The notes beneath the pieces are model-generated. The model had not been told where the DNA came from. It worked only from the letters and a program-made list of their open reading frames with translations, and made no database searches. Of a stretch of DNA of 64,000 bases, positions 62,601 through 64,000 are shown one piece after another. How positions within the stretch are numbered: the first letter of the stretch is position 1; every line of letters begins with the position of its first letter. The position numbers were made by a program, and so were the translations under genes. The stretch comes from Minisyncoccota bacterium (GTDB taxonomy: Bacteria; Patescibacteriota; Minisyncoccia; Phycocordibacterales; CALRHW01): the NCBI GenBank assembly GCA_046350795.1, contig JAXLZT010000002.1, forward strand, positions 24,293 through 88,292, written 5' to 3'.

Positions 62601-64000
62601 ATGAAAGAAGAAAGAAATTTTACTTTTTCTGATGCTCTTTTTGGTTTACGTAAAATAATATCTTATGTAGCAGGATTTCGTAGGGAGTTTATAATTCTTT
62701 GTTCTCTAGCTTTTATCTCTGCTGTTGTAGATCCTCTTACTAGCTACTTTTTTTCAAGAATAATTTACGGCGTTACAAATCCGGGCTTGTTTTTCGGTAG
62801 TATTCCATATGCAATAGGTTTCTTTGTAATATGGTTCATATTTGCACTTGCGGCCATCTTGATTGAAAGAAAGGCTCAACTCCGAGGGAGAATAGTAGAT
62901 GAAAAAGCCAGAATAGAGTTTTTCTCCAAGACAAATGATTTTATATTACATTTGCCCATTTCTTTTCATAAGACTAAAAAATCAGGAGAAATTTGGGACA
63001 AAGTATTTCGCGCTGGTAATGCAATAAATGATCTTTTTTCTCAAGCCATAGTGCCTATAGCGCCTCAGCTTTTGTCTATTGTGATAATGCTCACTATATC
63101 TTTCTTTGTAAATTGGATTTTTGGTTTGATTTTTCTTGTTGGTGTTACGGTTTTTCTTATTGCCTTTAAAAGTTTTGCAATACCAAACGCTCATTTACAG
63201 AGAAAAATGCAAGAAACGTATTCTGTTGCTAGGGGTCATGCTACTGATGCCATATCAAACATCCGCGCTGTAAAAGACTTTACTGCTGAGGATTATGAGC
63301 ATGCAAAAAATGTTGACCTGTATAGAGAAAAGGGTCTTGCTGGCTGGATCAACTATATCACTCACGTTATAAGAACAAGTCTGGTGCAAAGAATGATTGT
63401 CTTTACTACTCGAGGTGTAACACTTTTGTTTTCTCTAATCCTGATTTTGAAAAATCAGATGAATCTAGCTGACATGGTTCTCCTCAATGCCTATGTTGGT
63501 AGTATTTTTAGTCCACTTCAACAGCTTGCTGGTAGTTGGCGGATGATTCAGAATGGCGTGATCGCTGTAGAAGATGTAGATGAAATCTTGGAGGAAAAAC
63601 CAGAAAACTATGCACCAAATAAAGATTTTAATAAGACTGAAATCGTAGGTGAGGTTGTTTTTGAAAATGTTTCTTTTGGATATCAAGAGGGACAAAATAC
63701 CTTAGAAGATGTGAGTTTTGTTGTAAAACCAGGAGAGGTGGTGGCTTTGGTGGGTGAATCTGGTGTGGGCAAGAGCACTCTGATGGACCTTATCTCTGCT
63801 TTTTATTTTCCAACATCTGGCTCTGTAAAAATAGATGGTTTGGATACTAGGATGTTTCCTCTTTCTTTTTTGCGTAGTCATATAGCGGTGGTGCCACAAG
63901 AGACGGTACTTTTTAACGATACGATATTTAATAATCTTCGTTACGGTAATTTTGAAGCCACAGAACATGAGGTGAAGGATGCTGCTCGCAAAGCCCATTG
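62601..64000 (+). CDS. ABC exporter, fused permease-ATPase (partial, continues past window end)
   Basis: Hand translation from the ATG at 62601 gives 6 TM-like segments, then Walker A GESGVGKSTLMDL. No stop before 64000. Absent from the ORF track because it is 3'-truncated. Confidence 0.65.
   Translation, partial: MKEERNFTFSDALFGLRKIISYVAGFRREFIILCSLAFISAVVDPLTSYFFSRIIYGVTNPGLFFGSIPYAIGFFVIWFIFALAAILIERKAQLRGRIVDEKARIEFFSKTNDFILHLPISFHKTKKSGEIWDKVFRAGNAINDLFSQAIVPIAPQLLSIVIMLTISFFVNWIFGLIFLVGVTVFLIAFKSFAIPNAHLQRKMQETYSVARGHATDAISNIRAVKDFTAEDYEHAKNVDLYREKGLAGWINYITHVIRTSLVQRMIVFTTRGVTLLFSLILILKNQMNLADMVLLNAYVGSIFSPLQQLAGSWRMIQNGVIAVEDVDEILEEKPENYAPNKDFNKTEIVGEVVFENVSFGYQEGQNTLEDVSFVVKPGEVVALVGESGVGKSTLMDLISAFYFPTSGSVKIDGLDTRMFPLSFLRSHIAVVPQETVLFNDTIFNNLRYGNFEATEHEVKDAARKAH

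Noticed and set aside
1-64000. CRISPR arrays, rRNA genes, integrases or transposases
   Set aside because: No short direct-repeat/spacer periodicity, no rRNA-like conserved blocks, and no DDE or tyrosine-recombinase motifs were seen in any ORF.

Overview
This 64 kb window is AT-rich (roughly 35-40% GC), bacterial and densely coding. Most genes lack Shine-Dalgarno sequences and the Val-tRNA synthetase is short, which by inference fits a reduced-genome, possibly CPR/Patescibacteria-like or similar host-associated organism.

Contents from left to right:
- 1-5.7 kb: a partial unknown gene and a Type III restriction-modification mod/res pair, with a long nested inverted repeat in between.
- 5.8-7.0 kb: a membrane-anchored NirK-like two-domain copper oxidase.
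- 7.2-13.1 kb: a cobalamin-themed locus. It holds a small membrane protein, a class II (AdoCbl) ribonucleotide reductase, the CobO/BtuR adenosyltransferase, a probable B12 riboswitch, and a split transcobalamin-like pair (a DUF4430-like anchor plus an alpha/alpha-toroid surface protein).
- 13-26 kb: assorted small genes and a 1408-aa beta-helix/FN3 surface protein with a peptidoglycan-binding tail. Two tandem M14-like peptidases, a CHAP-like gene and DedA follow.
- 26-33 kb: a sensor kinase, ValRS, DgkA, an ABC-F ATPase and a HI0933 flavoprotein.
- 33-43.6 kb: the most unusual region. Two membrane-anchored cohesin-like proteins sit beside an 889-aa dockerin-bearing protein with near-identical tandem repeats. 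Four secreted or unknown genes (one with a Tat-like signal) and tatC-tatA complete the cluster.
- A conserved ~100 nt structured repeat fills two convergent-gene junctions (31.86 kb and 43.5 kb) and shows compensatory base changes between copies.
- 44.4-48.6 kb: three GC-rich ORFs with strong SD sequences and non-ATG starts, probably acquired horizontally, lie among native RRM, DEAD-box helicase and DoxX genes.
- 49.6-56.7 kb: a 2232-aa TcB/TcC-like (SpvB - FG-GAP propeller - RHS) polymorphic toxin with an unrecognised C-terminal domain and a downstream immunity candidate.
- 57-64 kb: polyamine genes (speH plus a deoxyhypusine-synthase-like gene), a methyltransferase, a 7TM histidine kinase and a partial ABC exporter.

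No rRNA, tRNA or CRISPR array was recognised.
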